A stretch of 64,000 nucleotides of DNA from an uncultured Gammaproteobacteria bacterium (lineage in GTDB: Bacteria > Patescibacteriota > Patescibacteriia > Magasanikbacterales > UBA922): the NCBI GenBank assembly GCA_964344965.1, contig CAYFPJ010000002.1:1068-65067 (forward strand). Reading direction: 5' to 3'. The position numbers and the translations under genes were made by a program. Below, one piece after another: positions 45,444 through 54,873 of the stretch. Under the pieces are notes generated by a model. The model ran no database searches. It was not told the origin of the DNA and saw nothing but the letters and a program-made list of their open reading frames with translations. Each line of letters starts with the position of its first letter. Position 1 is the first letter of the stretch.

Positions 45444-46835
45444 CTATTGTCGTCCTACCAAAAATGGGCTGCCTACTGCTACTATATCAAATCCAGCCTT
45501 ATTCAAATCACCATAACGATGCTGCAACATCCTCCGTCCATCCATGATGAGAGGTTTATCTCCTTGACACTCTTTCGAGAGTAAATCTGCTAGCCCTCGA
45601 AATTGTGGCCAATCTGTGGAGATAATCACCACATCAGCATTTTCTATTGCTTTTTCCTCTTCTGTGGAATAGACAATTTGATCAGAAGCTGGAAACTGTT
45701 GTCTAAACATGGGTACAGCGACAGGATCAAATATTTGAATTTTTCGGACATTTTTTTCTTGTAGAAATCGAACTATATCAATACTTGGTGAATTACGAAT
45801 ATCATTGGTATCTTGTTTGAAAGCAGTACCCATTATTGCGACAGTCTTTCCTGACCAGTCCAGCTCTGCTTCTTTTTCTGCTCTATTCAAAAATAATTCT
45901 AATTGTCGTTTGTTGGCTAGATAGACTTCACTAACTAGCGAGGCACTCTGTCCAGCAGTCTGTAGCTGATGAGCCAAAGAACGCGCATCCTTGATAAAAC
46001 AGCTACCTCCAGCATAAAGGCTGTCATAAAATCCCCAGCCTGAAATCCTAGACTCTGTAGTGATGACTTTCCGCAAATTCTCAAATTGAACATCTGAAAA
46101 CGTCTCGCTGGTACGACCAATGACATCAAAACAGAGTTGTAATTTTGCAAATAAATAAAAATTTGCCAGTAGTTTTCCTGCTGCTGCTTCTTTTGGATTA
46201 ACTTCGATGTAAGCAATACCAGAAGAATCATAAAATCGGCGATACAGTTGGCGCATCACCTGGAAATCCTTTTCTTCCCAAGCACCGACCACCACCCGAT
46301 CAGGATGAAGTGATCCTTCGATCGCTTTTCCCTCTACCAGGAATTCGGGGTTAGATACTACGCCATAATTTTTTACCCCAGACTCGTCCATGATACGCTT
46401 GGTCTCATCAACCATCTCTACCGGCACAGTACTTTTGTTGACGATTACAATATATTTTTCTTGTTTCCCTTTATTTCTCTTGGTCAAAGCTTGAGATAGC
46501 TGCTCGGCAGCCATATTGTAATACTTGAGGTCACTCTCCCCTGTCTCACCAATTTCTGGGGTAGGCAGGCACATCAATATGATATCACACTGGTCAAGAA
46601 AATTTTCAACTTTGCCATAGTCTGTCGTGAACTCGATACGTTCCTTATTGCGGATCAAAAGATCAGCCAGACCTTCTTCAAATAGGCAGGACTGAATAAT
46701 ATCTCGATCATTTGAGCCGAGTTTTTTTATTTTATTTTCATCGATGTCATAGACCAGAACCTGGTGGCCGCTGTCAGCCGAGACTGCTGCTGAGCAGGCT
46801 CCCACAAAGCCAGATCCGATGTAGAGAATGTTCAT
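45444..46835 (-). CDS. ugd: UDP-glucose 6-dehydrogenase
   Basis: NILYIGSGFVGACSA Rossmann motif and catalytic-Cys region (GGSCFIKD); full length. Confidence 0.85.
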   Translation of the reverse strand: MNILYIGSGFVGACSAAVSADSGHQVLVYDIDENKIKKLGSNDRDIIQSCLFEEGLADLLIRNKERIEFTTDYGKVENFLDQCDIILMCLPTPEIGETGESDLKYYNMAAEQLSQALTKRNKGKQEKYIVIVNKSTVPVEMVDETKRIMDESGVKNYGVVSNPEFLVEGKAIEGSLHPDRVVVGAWEEKDFQVMRQLYRRFYDSSGIAYIEVNPKEAAAGKLLANFYLFAKLQLCFDVIGRTSETFSDVQFENLRKVITTESRISGWGFYDSLYAGGSCFIKDARSLAHQLQTAGQSASLVSEVYLANKRQLELFLNRAEKEAELDWSGKTVAIMGTAFKQDTNDIRNSPSIDIVRFLQEKNVRKIQIFDPVAVPMFRQQFPASDQIVYSTEEEKAIENADVVIISTDWPQFRGLADLLSKECQGDKPLIMDGRRMLQHRYGDLNKAGFDIVAVGSPFLVGRQ

Positions 46836-46838
46836 AAT

Positions 46839-46875
46839 TATGTACGAAATACGAAAAATTCGAAAATTACGAAAA
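46839..46875 (-). repeat. TTTCGTA-type tandem repeat array (4 units) ending 4 nt before the ugd ATG
   Basis: The minus strand reads TTTTCGTAA TTTTCGAAT TTTTCGTA TTTCGTACAT AATT ATG. Confidence 0.7.
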
Positions 46876-47118
46876 TGGATGAATTAACATTTTTCTTTAA
46901 AAAAAGCTATAGTAGTGTAGCATAAATTGGTGTTTTTTTCAATACTTGTACTTTTGAACAAATTTGCCTAAGTATAAGAAAAAAATGGCAAAAATAAATA
47001 TTTTAATCATACACAAATTCTCTCTCCAAAAATACAAAAACATATCCACAGCTTAATATGGTGTATATTGAAAAATCTGCTAAACTTATCATATCTAAAT
47101 TGTTAATAATAAAATTAT

Positions 47119-47259
47119 ATGACTACCGAACGTGAAGAGAAACAATGTCCAATTTGTGGAGCTCCAGAAAGAGGCTGCAATTGCATAAAAGAAATTGAAA
47201 AAAAGGCTTTGATGCAAATTTGGTCATTGGTGAAATCCCAAATCATGAAAAACTAGCCA
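47119..47259 (+). CDS. possible small zinc-ribbon-like ORF (46 aa)
   Basis: MTTEREEKQCPICGAPERGCNCIKEIEKK... Absent from the track because it is under 60 aa. Overlaps the next ORF in another frame. Confidence 0.2.
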
Positions 47260-47849
47260 CACAAATTGCTACTTTCATGGATACTGATGCCACTGAACCA
47301 AGTGAGGGTAATATCAGAGAAGGATGGACCTCTGACGCACATTTGCGCAAATTAGAAAGTGTAGTAATGCACGAAAACCACCAAAACCAGACTTTTGCTG
47401 ATATTGCAGAAAATGCTGGAGAAAGAAGTAAAAGCCCTGCTGTAAAAATTCTTCTGAAAATAGGCGGACAAATTAACGGATTGAGGCGCATGACCGATAA
47501 AGAACCGATCAAAGACGAAGTTGACAAACTAATCAGAGAGGCCGCAGAGGAAATTGATCAGCTGGAGGATGGAACTAAAAAAGAACGCCTAGACTCACTG
47601 TTGGATTATAATGCTGGTGAGTGGAATAGAGTTATGGGAAATTATGACCTGGCTGCTGAATTGAAAAAACGCTCTGCAACCAAAGCCGAGACAAGCGGGG
47701 ATAGAGTAGGTGCCTCTATCGGGTATGTCGGTGAAAGTGTTCAGAAAGTGAATGAAGCTTTGGTAAATGGTGACCAAACAGAAATAGCTGCGAATCTAGA
47801 AGAAATGATTAGTCGTTCTGATCATCTAATAAAAGTAAATTTGGTTTAA
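47220..47849 (+). CDS. hypothetical protein (TTG start in the track; the last 6 codons, IKVNLV*, come from the repeat)
   Basis: ORF with higher GC than its neighbours; no motif. Confidence 0.35.
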   Translation: MVIGEIPNHEKLATQIATFMDTDATEPSEGNIREGWTSDAHLRKLESVVMHENHQNQTFADIAENAGERSKSPAVKILLKIGGQINGLRRMTDKEPIKDEVDKLIREAAEEIDQLEDGTKKERLDSLLDYNAGEWNRVMGNYDLAAELKKRSATKAETSGDRVGASIGYVGESVQKVNEALVNGDQTEIAANLEEMISRSDHLIKVNLV

Positions 47850-47976
47850 GTAAGACTTCATCGGGCCATCCCCGCAGCAAGCTGCGGGGTATTGGCAGAA
47901 AATCTTATTTCAACCAATGTTAGTTTTCACTTTTTCGATGCAAGCATCGAGGAATAAAACCGCTTAAAGATTAAAA
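47828..47976 (+). repeat. 149-nt structured repeat, copy E
   Basis: Full-length match; separates two GC-richer ORFs. Confidence 0.9.
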
Positions 47977-48024
47977 GAATGCACTGGAGAAACTTATGAT
48001 GAGACCCGCTGGAAATATCTAAAC

Positions 48025-48417
48025 ATGCCAGCCCATGTCCTGCTAGCTCATGTTTGGGCTAATGCTCCGCTAGAGGATACTGATCGTTTTGGAGACCTGC
48101 TCCGTGAATATAGCAACATAGATCCTGCAGTGGCAGAAAGTCATAAGCATGATATAACTGCCTTTGCAGCTTGTGAAGCTTGGTTGCAAAATGATACAAC
48201 AAGGGCCAAGAAGCTAGCTGAAGAAGTACTGGTAGCAGATCCAACTCCACACGAACAGAGCACCACAACTGCCAAACTAATCCTGGCAAGGGTTGTTGCT
48301 GGGGAAGGCGATACCACTAGAGCGAAAAATCTTCTAGAGGAGATATCTGCACCTGGGCACTACATGCACCAAGTACGAACTATTGCCGAGCGTGAACTGG
48401 CTGACTTGGGAAATTAA
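48025..48417 (+). CDS. hypothetical protein with an internal repeat (TTRAKKLAEE / TTRAKNLLEE)
   Basis: ORF followed by a terminator. Confidence 0.35.
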   Translation: MPAHVLLAHVWANAPLEDTDRFGDLLREYSNIDPAVAESHKHDITAFAACEAWLQNDTTRAKKLAEEVLVADPTPHEQSTTTAKLILARVVAGEGDTTRAKNLLEEISAPGHYMHQVRTIAERELADLGN

Positions 48418-48425
48418 AAAATTGT

Positions 48426-48460
48426 AAAAAAATTCTCTACTTCAGGTAGAGAATTTTTTG
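48426..48460 (+). terminator. rho-independent terminator
   Basis: AATTCTCTAC-TTCAG-GTAGAGAATT followed by TTTTTG. Confidence 0.8.
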
Positions 48461-48537
48461 TCTGTTGTTTTTGTGTGTTTTGAACTAATCTACAACTCGA
48501 TATCAGTGTAATCTACTAAAATCTAAGTAATCTGTAT

Positions 48538-49578
48538 TTAGACCTCAAAATCCAAACCATCAATCGAAGTCAGCATCTCCTTGATCTCATCAGTAGTCAT
48601 CAGCTGCTGATCTTTGGAAGAGTACTCTTTGAATTCAGCGCCTTTGGTGCCTGGATACTCAATAGATTTGATGTCATTAAAAATTTCATAACCCACATCG
48701 GGACGCAAAATATACATATCTTCTGTCTCAAGAGCATTTTCTGATTCAGCCAGGCTAAGCAGCTTCTCATGTTGTCTTTCACCAGCTCTCCGACCAATTA
48801 TCTTGGTCTCTATATCTTTTGGCAAATCATTTTTTTCCTTTACTATCTCTAGGACTGACTGCGCTAGGTCACCAATAGTTGCCACCGGCATCTTGAGAAT
48901 AAAAATCTCTTGACCTCTGGTCATGGTACTAGCCTTAAAAATGAGATCCACAGCTTGGTGAGTACTCATAAAAAATCTGGTCATATCTGCATCTGTCACA
49001 GTCACTGGTCCACCTTCCTTGATCTGTCTGATAAATAATGGCAAGACAGAACCACGAGAACCAAGGACATTACCAAAGCGAACCGAACAAAACTTGGTTT
49101 GCTTTTTTCCTTTATAAAAAAATGATGATAAGATTAATTTCTCTGCCAAAAGCTTGGTACAGCCCATCACATTGGTCGGATCAGCAGCCTTATCTGTGGA
49201 GATACTGACTACTTTGTCCACTTTGTTGGCAAAAGCACAAGAAATGATGTTTTGCACACCACCGACATTGGTCTTCACTGCCTCAAAAGGATTGAGTTCA
49301 CATGACACAACATGCTTGAGAGCCGCTGTATGAAAGACGATGTCTACATTTTCCATTGCCATCATCAGACGCTCCTTATCACGCACATCTCCAACCAAAA
49401 ATCTCATTCTAGGATCTCTGCCCAATCTATGTGCTAATTCAAACTGTTTGGTTTCATCACGACTGTAGACCCTCACCTGTCTGACACCAGCTTCGAGAAG
49501 CTGTCTTGTTATCTCCGAACCAATGGAGCCTGTACCTCCAGTTACCAAAACTGTTTTGTTTTTGAATTGTTCTTTCAT
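48538..49578 (-). CDS. UDP-N-acetylglucosamine 4,6-dehydratase (PseB/FlaA1/CapD family)
   Basis: VLVTGGTGSIGSE and the CapD-type extended SDR fold. Confidence 0.8.
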   Translation of the reverse strand: MKEQFKNKTVLVTGGTGSIGSEITRQLLEAGVRQVRVYSRDETKQFELAHRLGRDPRMRFLVGDVRDKERLMMAMENVDIVFHTAALKHVVSCELNPFEAVKTNVGGVQNIISCAFANKVDKVVSISTDKAADPTNVMGCTKLLAEKLILSSFFYKGKKQTKFCSVRFGNVLGSRGSVLPLFIRQIKEGGPVTVTDADMTRFFMSTHQAVDLIFKASTMTRGQEIFILKMPVATIGDLAQSVLEIVKEKNDLPKDIETKIIGRRAGERQHEKLLSLAESENALETEDMYILRPDVGYEIFNDIKSIEYPGTKGAEFKEYSSKDQQLMTTDEIKEMLTSIDGLDFEV

Positions 49579-49714
49579 ATAATTTTTAGTTTACCTTCTA
49601 GATATTACACATCCAGACCTGAAGGAGGAAAAATATATCTAATTGTTTGAGCGCCATTGCTTGCGACTCTTGGTTGGCGCCAAACAATTAGATATATTTT
49701 TACGACTGAAGTGG

Positions 49715-50578
49715 TTATTTATAAAAAATTAAATATTTTTGATACATTTTTTTAATCCCCAAGTCTAGATCATATTCCAAATCTTGTCCAATAATATTCT
49801 TCAATTTACTGCCATCTCCTATTACTGAAAATTTTTCAAAAACAGATTGGCCAAATCTATAATTTAATTTTTTGTATGTCACTTTTTCCACCAACCCAAT
49901 AAGATCCAAAATCGATACCCCCTCACCTGTACACAAATTGAAAACTTCGATTTTTTCCTTTTGGTCAAACTCTACAATAGCATTCAACAATCTTGATACA
50001 TCTCCCACAAATATATAATCCCTCACTTGTCCTCCATCACCATTGATAATAAATTGTTGATTACTGATCAATGCTAATAATATATAATTCAAAATTCCTT
50101 TATTTTTGACATCACCATAGACATTTGCCAATCTAGCTATACACAACTTTATATCATTCCTATCAACAAATTCTTTAAGCAATTTTTCTTCTTCATATTT
50201 TGCTTTTTCATAATCAGTCTTAGGTTCTGGCACCACTTCTTCATCATGTATTTGCGATGAATCTGGATAGACTAGTAAAGTGGATAAATATACGATCTTT
50301 TTCAAACCATTTGCTGATTCCAGAGCCATCATAATATTCCCCATCCGAACACTACTTGGCTGCACGGCTATCACCACCACTTCTATGTCATCCAAAATAT
50401 TTTTTAGCGACAAAAAATCATTATTTAAATCTATTTTTTGATAACAAACCCCTTCTATCGCTTCATTTTTAGATAATTCAGTAGCATGCACGGCTACCAC
50501 TTCTTTTCCACAATTCACCAAGTCACGACACAAATACCCACCGACAAATCCTGTACCACCTATCACAAGTACCTGCAT
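49715..50578 (-). CDS. NAD-dependent epimerase/dehydratase family protein
   Basis: VLVIGGTGFVGGYL Rossmann motif. Confidence 0.6.
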   Translation of the reverse strand: MQVLVIGGTGFVGGYLCRDLVNCGKEVVAVHATELSKNEAIEGVCYQKIDLNNDFLSLKNILDDIEVVVIAVQPSSVRMGNIMMALESANGLKKIVYLSTLLVYPDSSQIHDEEVVPEPKTDYEKAKYEEEKLLKEFVDRNDIKLCIARLANVYGDVKNKGILNYILLALISNQQFIINGDGGQVRDYIFVGDVSRLLNAIVEFDQKEKIEVFNLCTGEGVSILDLIGLVEKVTYKKLNYRFGQSVFEKFSVIGDGSKLKNIIGQDLEYDLDLGIKKMYQKYLIFYK

Positions 50579-50579
50579 A

Positions 50580-51731
50580 CTAATATGTTATTACTTTTTG
50601 GATTGGAGGAAGATCAATGGTTTCCAAAATCTCAACTATCTGCTTGGCTGTATTACCACGGTCATAAGGATTTTTTCCTTTTTTGACACTAGCGATAAAT
50701 TCCTCATCAGTCAAGGCCTTCACGATCCCCTTCTCAATAGCCTCTTGGTCGTTTGGCACATCAATCACATTGACCCCTCGTTCACGACGCTGCTGTCTGG
50801 TCCCTATATTGACAGTGGGTAGACCAAACGAAGGAGCCTCATGAATACCAGAACTAGAATTGCCAACCAAAACGTCAGCCACGTTCAACAGCCGTAAAAA
50901 ATCTTCATAAACTATGTGGGGCAAGACATGAATTCCTGCTTTTTTGATAGATTCAATTATTCTTCGACCGCCAGCATCGTGATTGGAATAAATGGCCAAA
51001 ACTTCCAAATCATGAGTCTCTTTCGTTTTTTTGATAGCAGCAATGCTTTTGTCTATTTGTTGTTCTACCTCTTCTACTTCAGTAGTAACCGGGTGTTGCA
51101 AAAATATAGCTAATTTTTTGGCCAGGTCAATGTCGTATTTCTTGCTAATATCCTCTTTGCTTGGATAATCTATTGATTTGATAGTATCAAGACTAGGACT
51201 ACCAACCAAAAATACATAGCTGGGGTCTTCTCCCAATTTTACAATTCTCTCCACACTTTGCTTGGTAGCAGCGAAATGAAGATGAGCAAACTTGGTACAA
51301 GCATGACGCAGTATTTCATCTATCGTGCCAGTAACTTCCCCACCCTGCATATGAGCAACATGGATATTCAAATGGGTGCCTGTGATAGCAGCAGCAAGAT
51401 GTGCCCCTAGATCAAATCCACAAAATACTATATCTGGCTTCAGCTTTGGGATAATGTCTGCCATGCCTATCAAGGCCTTACCCATAGCCCTAACCATCGA
51501 AGCACCATCATCCGGATCATCCTCTGCAAATATAGGAAGGGTGGCATCTATTTCAAAACCATCTTCCTTGACCACTTTTTCTGTTTCACCAAAATTTTTG
51601 AGAAGGTGAGCACCGGTGATAAGCAAAAGAAGCTCTAGCTCTTCGCTAGCCTGCACAGCTTTCATGATTGGCTTTAGTCTACTATAATCAGCTCGCCTCT
51701 CAGTAACAAATAAAATTCTTCTTTTAGACAT
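50580..51731 (-). CDS. neuC: UDP-N-acetylglucosamine 2-epimerase, hydrolysing (NeuC/LegG-like)
   Basis: Epimerase_2 fold with the typical HVEAGLRS-like (HVAHMQGGEV) and HPVT blocks. Confidence 0.8.
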   Translation of the reverse strand: MSKRRILFVTERRADYSRLKPIMKAVQASEELELLLLITGAHLLKNFGETEKVVKEDGFEIDATLPIFAEDDPDDGASMVRAMGKALIGMADIIPKLKPDIVFCGFDLGAHLAAAITGTHLNIHVAHMQGGEVTGTIDEILRHACTKFAHLHFAATKQSVERIVKLGEDPSYVFLVGSPSLDTIKSIDYPSKEDISKKYDIDLAKKLAIFLQHPVTTEVEEVEQQIDKSIAAIKKTKETHDLEVLAIYSNHDAGGRRIIESIKKAGIHVLPHIVYEDFLRLLNVADVLVGNSSSGIHEAPSFGLPTVNIGTRQQRRERGVNVIDVPNDQEAIEKGIVKALTDEEFIASVKKGKNPYDRGNTAKQIVEILETIDLPPIQKVITY

Positions 51732-51733
51732 AT

Positions 51734-52783
51734 TTATAAATCTATATCATTATATTTTAAATGTGTATCTATAGGGATGTCATTTCTTACGATCTTACCA
51801 AGCAACCCCTCATATTCTCCTGCCTTTATCTCTCCAGTACCCGGACGCTTCACCCAGATATTTTCTTTTGTTAATTTTTCGCCTTCTTTTATATCTTGTA
51901 TTGTCACTACAGTTGCAAAAGCAAAATCTATTGTCACTTGTTCCTCTTTGGCTGCTTCTTTTTTGCCACCACGCATCTTGAATATCTCTCCTGAATCAAA
52001 AATCAAATTCTCAAGAGCTTCAGGATCCATGGAGTTGACAATGTCTGGGCCAGGCCTATCCATACTATCTGTGAAATGCCTCTCGAGGATATCAGCTCCA
52101 AGAGCTGTAGCAGCCAAACAAGCCAAATTGGATACTGTGTGGTCGGACAATCCTACGACAGCATTGGAGAATTCTTTTTGCAATTCTTGCATCCCCCCTA
52201 GTCGAACTAAGTGCGGAGGCGTGGGGTAGAGATTGGTGGTGTGGAGAAGCGCATAAGGAACATTATATTTCTCTACTATTTCTACAGCCTTCTTGACGCT
52301 TGCTATATTATTCATGCCTGTACTTATGATCATGGGCTTACCAAACCCTGCAATGTGCTCGACAAGAGGATAATTATTGCACTCCCCTGATCCAATTTTA
52401 TAGGCAAGCACTCCCATTCGCTCCAGACGATCAGCTGCTGCTCTAGAAAATGGGGTACTAAGAAAAATCATCCCTTTTCCTTCTACATATTCTTTCAATT
52501 TTATTTCATCTTCTTCATTAAGAGCACATTTCTCCATGATGTCATAAATTGAATCTGTAGAATTGCCTGGGATAACTTTTTTGGCCTCTTTGCTCATCTC
52601 ATCCTCTATCACATGGGTCTGGTGCTTGATCACTTCTGCTCCAGCCTGATGTGCAGCATCGACAATGGCAAAAGCCACTTCCAAATCACCTTCATGATTG
52701 ATCCCAATATCGGGAATAACAAAAGTAGGAAAGTCTGGACCGATCTTCCTGTCTCCAATTTGAATGAAATTATTTTTTGGCAT
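51734..52783 (-). CDS. neuB: N-acetylneuraminate (nonulosonate) synthase, NeuB family
   Basis: [23 protein letters not shown], and the SDHT-like block (LSDHTVS), plus a C-terminal SAF domain. Confidence 0.85.
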   Translation of the reverse strand: MPKNNFIQIGDRKIGPDFPTFVIPDIGINHEGDLEVAFAIVDAAHQAGAEVIKHQTHVIEDEMSKEAKKVIPGNSTDSIYDIMEKCALNEEDEIKLKEYVEGKGMIFLSTPFSRAAADRLERMGVLAYKIGSGECNNYPLVEHIAGFGKPMIISTGMNNIASVKKAVEIVEKYNVPYALLHTTNLYPTPPHLVRLGGMQELQKEFSNAVVGLSDHTVSNLACLAATALGADILERHFTDSMDRPGPDIVNSMDPEALENLIFDSGEIFKMRGGKKEAAKEEQVTIDFAFATVVTIQDIKEGEKLTKENIWVKRPGTGEIKAGEYEGLLGKIVRNDIPIDTHLKYNDIDL

Positions 52784-52831
52784 AAAACAGCAATAGATTT
52801 CTCTCCAATTTTTATTTTAATAAAGTTAATA

Positions 52832-52902
52832 AATAGTAGGATATTTTTGTCAGCAACAGTCTGCTCCTTTTAGATTTTGATGGCTAAAATATCCTACTAT
52901 TT
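52832..52902. other. conserved-loop / variable-stem hairpin, copy 2
   Basis: Stem AATAGTAGGATATTT / AAATATCCTACTATT encloses TTGTCAGCAACAGTCTGCTCCTTTTAGATTTTGATGGCTAA. Confidence 0.7.
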
Positions 52903-52943
52903 ATTGATGGTCACAAAAATTAGTTAATGTTCATTATTAAAAT

Positions 52944-53942
52944 CTACAAATCTTTAAAGCCATCCAAAAAACCAAGGATACGTTCATCTTCCTGAAATGT
53001 ATACGGAAATTCTTTCTTTCCTTCTACAGCCTGGAGAAAATCACCAATCTCCGCTTCATACGCTTCTTCACCTGTATTGTATTGTCCCACCTTCTTCCCG
53101 CTGTCAAGATCAATTACCTCAGTATCTCCTTTTTCTGTACCAAAAATACTAATTTTTTTACCCAACCAATCCCAATCTATGGTCCCTTCTGTCCCAATTA
53201 TTTTCAAAGTTCTGCCAGCCTTTCTGTTTATGAGATCAATCATCATATTCCCCACTATACCATTTTCAAATTGTGCGGTGGCAGCATAAATATCATCTGC
53301 TGTCATTTCTAAATCTGATATTTTTCCACGCAAGCCGTAAACTTTCTTTACTGAACTACTGAACATGTCTATCAGCCAGACCAGCTCATAGGCAAACATC
53401 TCAGGACAACCCCCAGTATCCTTCTTGGCAAAGTAAACTTCTTTGTAATCTTCATACGGATGCCAATCTGGCAGATATTGCCCAAGATAATGATTAAAAG
53501 ACAGTGGCTTACCTATTCTTCCTGACAAAATTAACTCTTTAATTCTTTTGACAGCAGGAAAATAACGGAATGTACAAGACGGTGCTGCCACAAAATCATC
53601 ACCAAGCAAAGGATAAAGCTCTTGGTAACCGTCAGGCTTGGTAGTCACTTCTACAAAAAAATGCTTTTTCTTTTTGGCAATCTGTAAAAAATACTGATGA
53701 TGCAAATTTGGCGGAGTAGAAATGATGTAGGCATCTGGATTTATCTCTTGCTCTGCTTCTTCAAAATTTACAAAAGTTTTTATCCCGTATTCTTTGCCAA
53801 CCTCTGTACTTCTCTCTTCTGAAGGGTCAAACCCAAAAATCTGCTCCGCTGGAATTTGATGAAATTTCAAATTTCTAATGCGGCGCTTACCCATCGAACC
53901 AAGTCCAATGATAAGAAATTTTTTATCTGTTTTCACTGGCAT
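52944..53942 (-). CDS. Gfo/Idh/MocA-family oxidoreductase
   Basis: N-terminal KFLIIGLGSMGKRRIRNL Rossmann motif. Confidence 0.75.
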   Translation of the reverse strand: MPVKTDKKFLIIGLGSMGKRRIRNLKFHQIPAEQIFGFDPSEERSTEVGKEYGIKTFVNFEEAEQEINPDAYIISTPPNLHHQYFLQIAKKKKHFFVEVTTKPDGYQELYPLLGDDFVAAPSCTFRYFPAVKRIKELILSGRIGKPLSFNHYLGQYLPDWHPYEDYKEVYFAKKDTGGCPEMFAYELVWLIDMFSSSVKKVYGLRGKISDLEMTADDIYAATAQFENGIVGNMMIDLINRKAGRTLKIIGTEGTIDWDWLGKKISIFGTEKGDTEVIDLDSGKKVGQYNTGEEAYEAEIGDFLQAVEGKKEFPYTFQEDERILGFLDGFKDL

Positions 53943-54873
53943 ATTTCTTTAAATCTTCTATTATTTCTACATCGTGTATTGCCTCATCTACGTTGGAAAA
54001 GTAATCACCCTTTTGGAGAGAATCTATAAAAAAATCAATCTCTCTCTCATACATATTGTTGCGTTCCAGTTCTATTTTTTCACTCAAAATAACACTCTCA
54101 TGATTCTTGACAACAATCGTATTGTTATCGCTATTCCAGACTAGAGTACCCTGGTCCCCAGCTATCTCCAAATATCTACCATAGGGAACGCGGATATAAT
54201 CTTGGTGAATTGATACTATCACTCCAGAATCACTAACTAAAACACTCTCTGCACAATCCTCAGTATCTATCTCCAAACTTGAAATTTTGTCTAGATAACA
54301 AATTTTGGCTTGCAACTTTTCTCCCAATAGCCAGGCCGGATAGTTTATTTCATGCACTAAGTCAAGCATTACTCCCCCGCCATCATCCTTACTAGATGAA
54401 TAACACTGGCGATAATCTCGCTCTCTCCACTGGAGCAAATCCTGTCCAACTGAAACGCGCATATAATAAATACGACCCAAAATTTTATCCTTCAAAATTT
54501 TCTTAATGTGGAGAAATGGTTCAAAAAAATGAAAATTATAAGCTACCCAAGAACTAATTTCTTTTTGCTTCATTTCTTCCGCCAGCTCTGTCAACATTTT
54601 GATGTTATTTGAAAGAGGCTTTTCAATCAACAGTGCTTTTGGATTGAGCTTAATACATTTTTCAATTGTTTCCACGTGCTTCGATGTCTCGTTGGTAATA
54701 AAAAATGCGTCAAAAGGACCATGCTTGGCTAGCTCATCCCAAGAAGAGACAGTTGTAATGTTTGACAAATCAGTTCGCTTGGATAAAACAACAGTATCGA
54801 CATCTTTATAAAACTGCAAATTCTCTAGATGCCTTTTTCCAATTGAACCAAATCCAATTATGCCAATTTTCAT
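53923..54873 (-). CDS. Gfo/Idh/MocA-family oxidoreductase
   Basis: N-terminal MKIGIIGFGSIGKRHLENL. Confidence 0.75.
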   Translation of the reverse strand: MKIGIIGFGSIGKRHLENLQFYKDVDTVVLSKRTDLSNITTVSSWDELAKHGPFDAFFITNETSKHVETIEKCIKLNPKALLIEKPLSNNIKMLTELAEEMKQKEISSWVAYNFHFFEPFLHIKKILKDKILGRIYYMRVSVGQDLLQWRERDYRQCYSSSKDDGGGVMLDLVHEINYPAWLLGEKLQAKICYLDKISSLEIDTEDCAESVLVSDSGVIVSIHQDYIRVPYGRYLEIAGDQGTLVWNSDNNTIVVKNHESVILSEKIELERNNMYEREIDFFIDSLQKGDYFSNVDEAIHDVEIIEDLKKYASENR

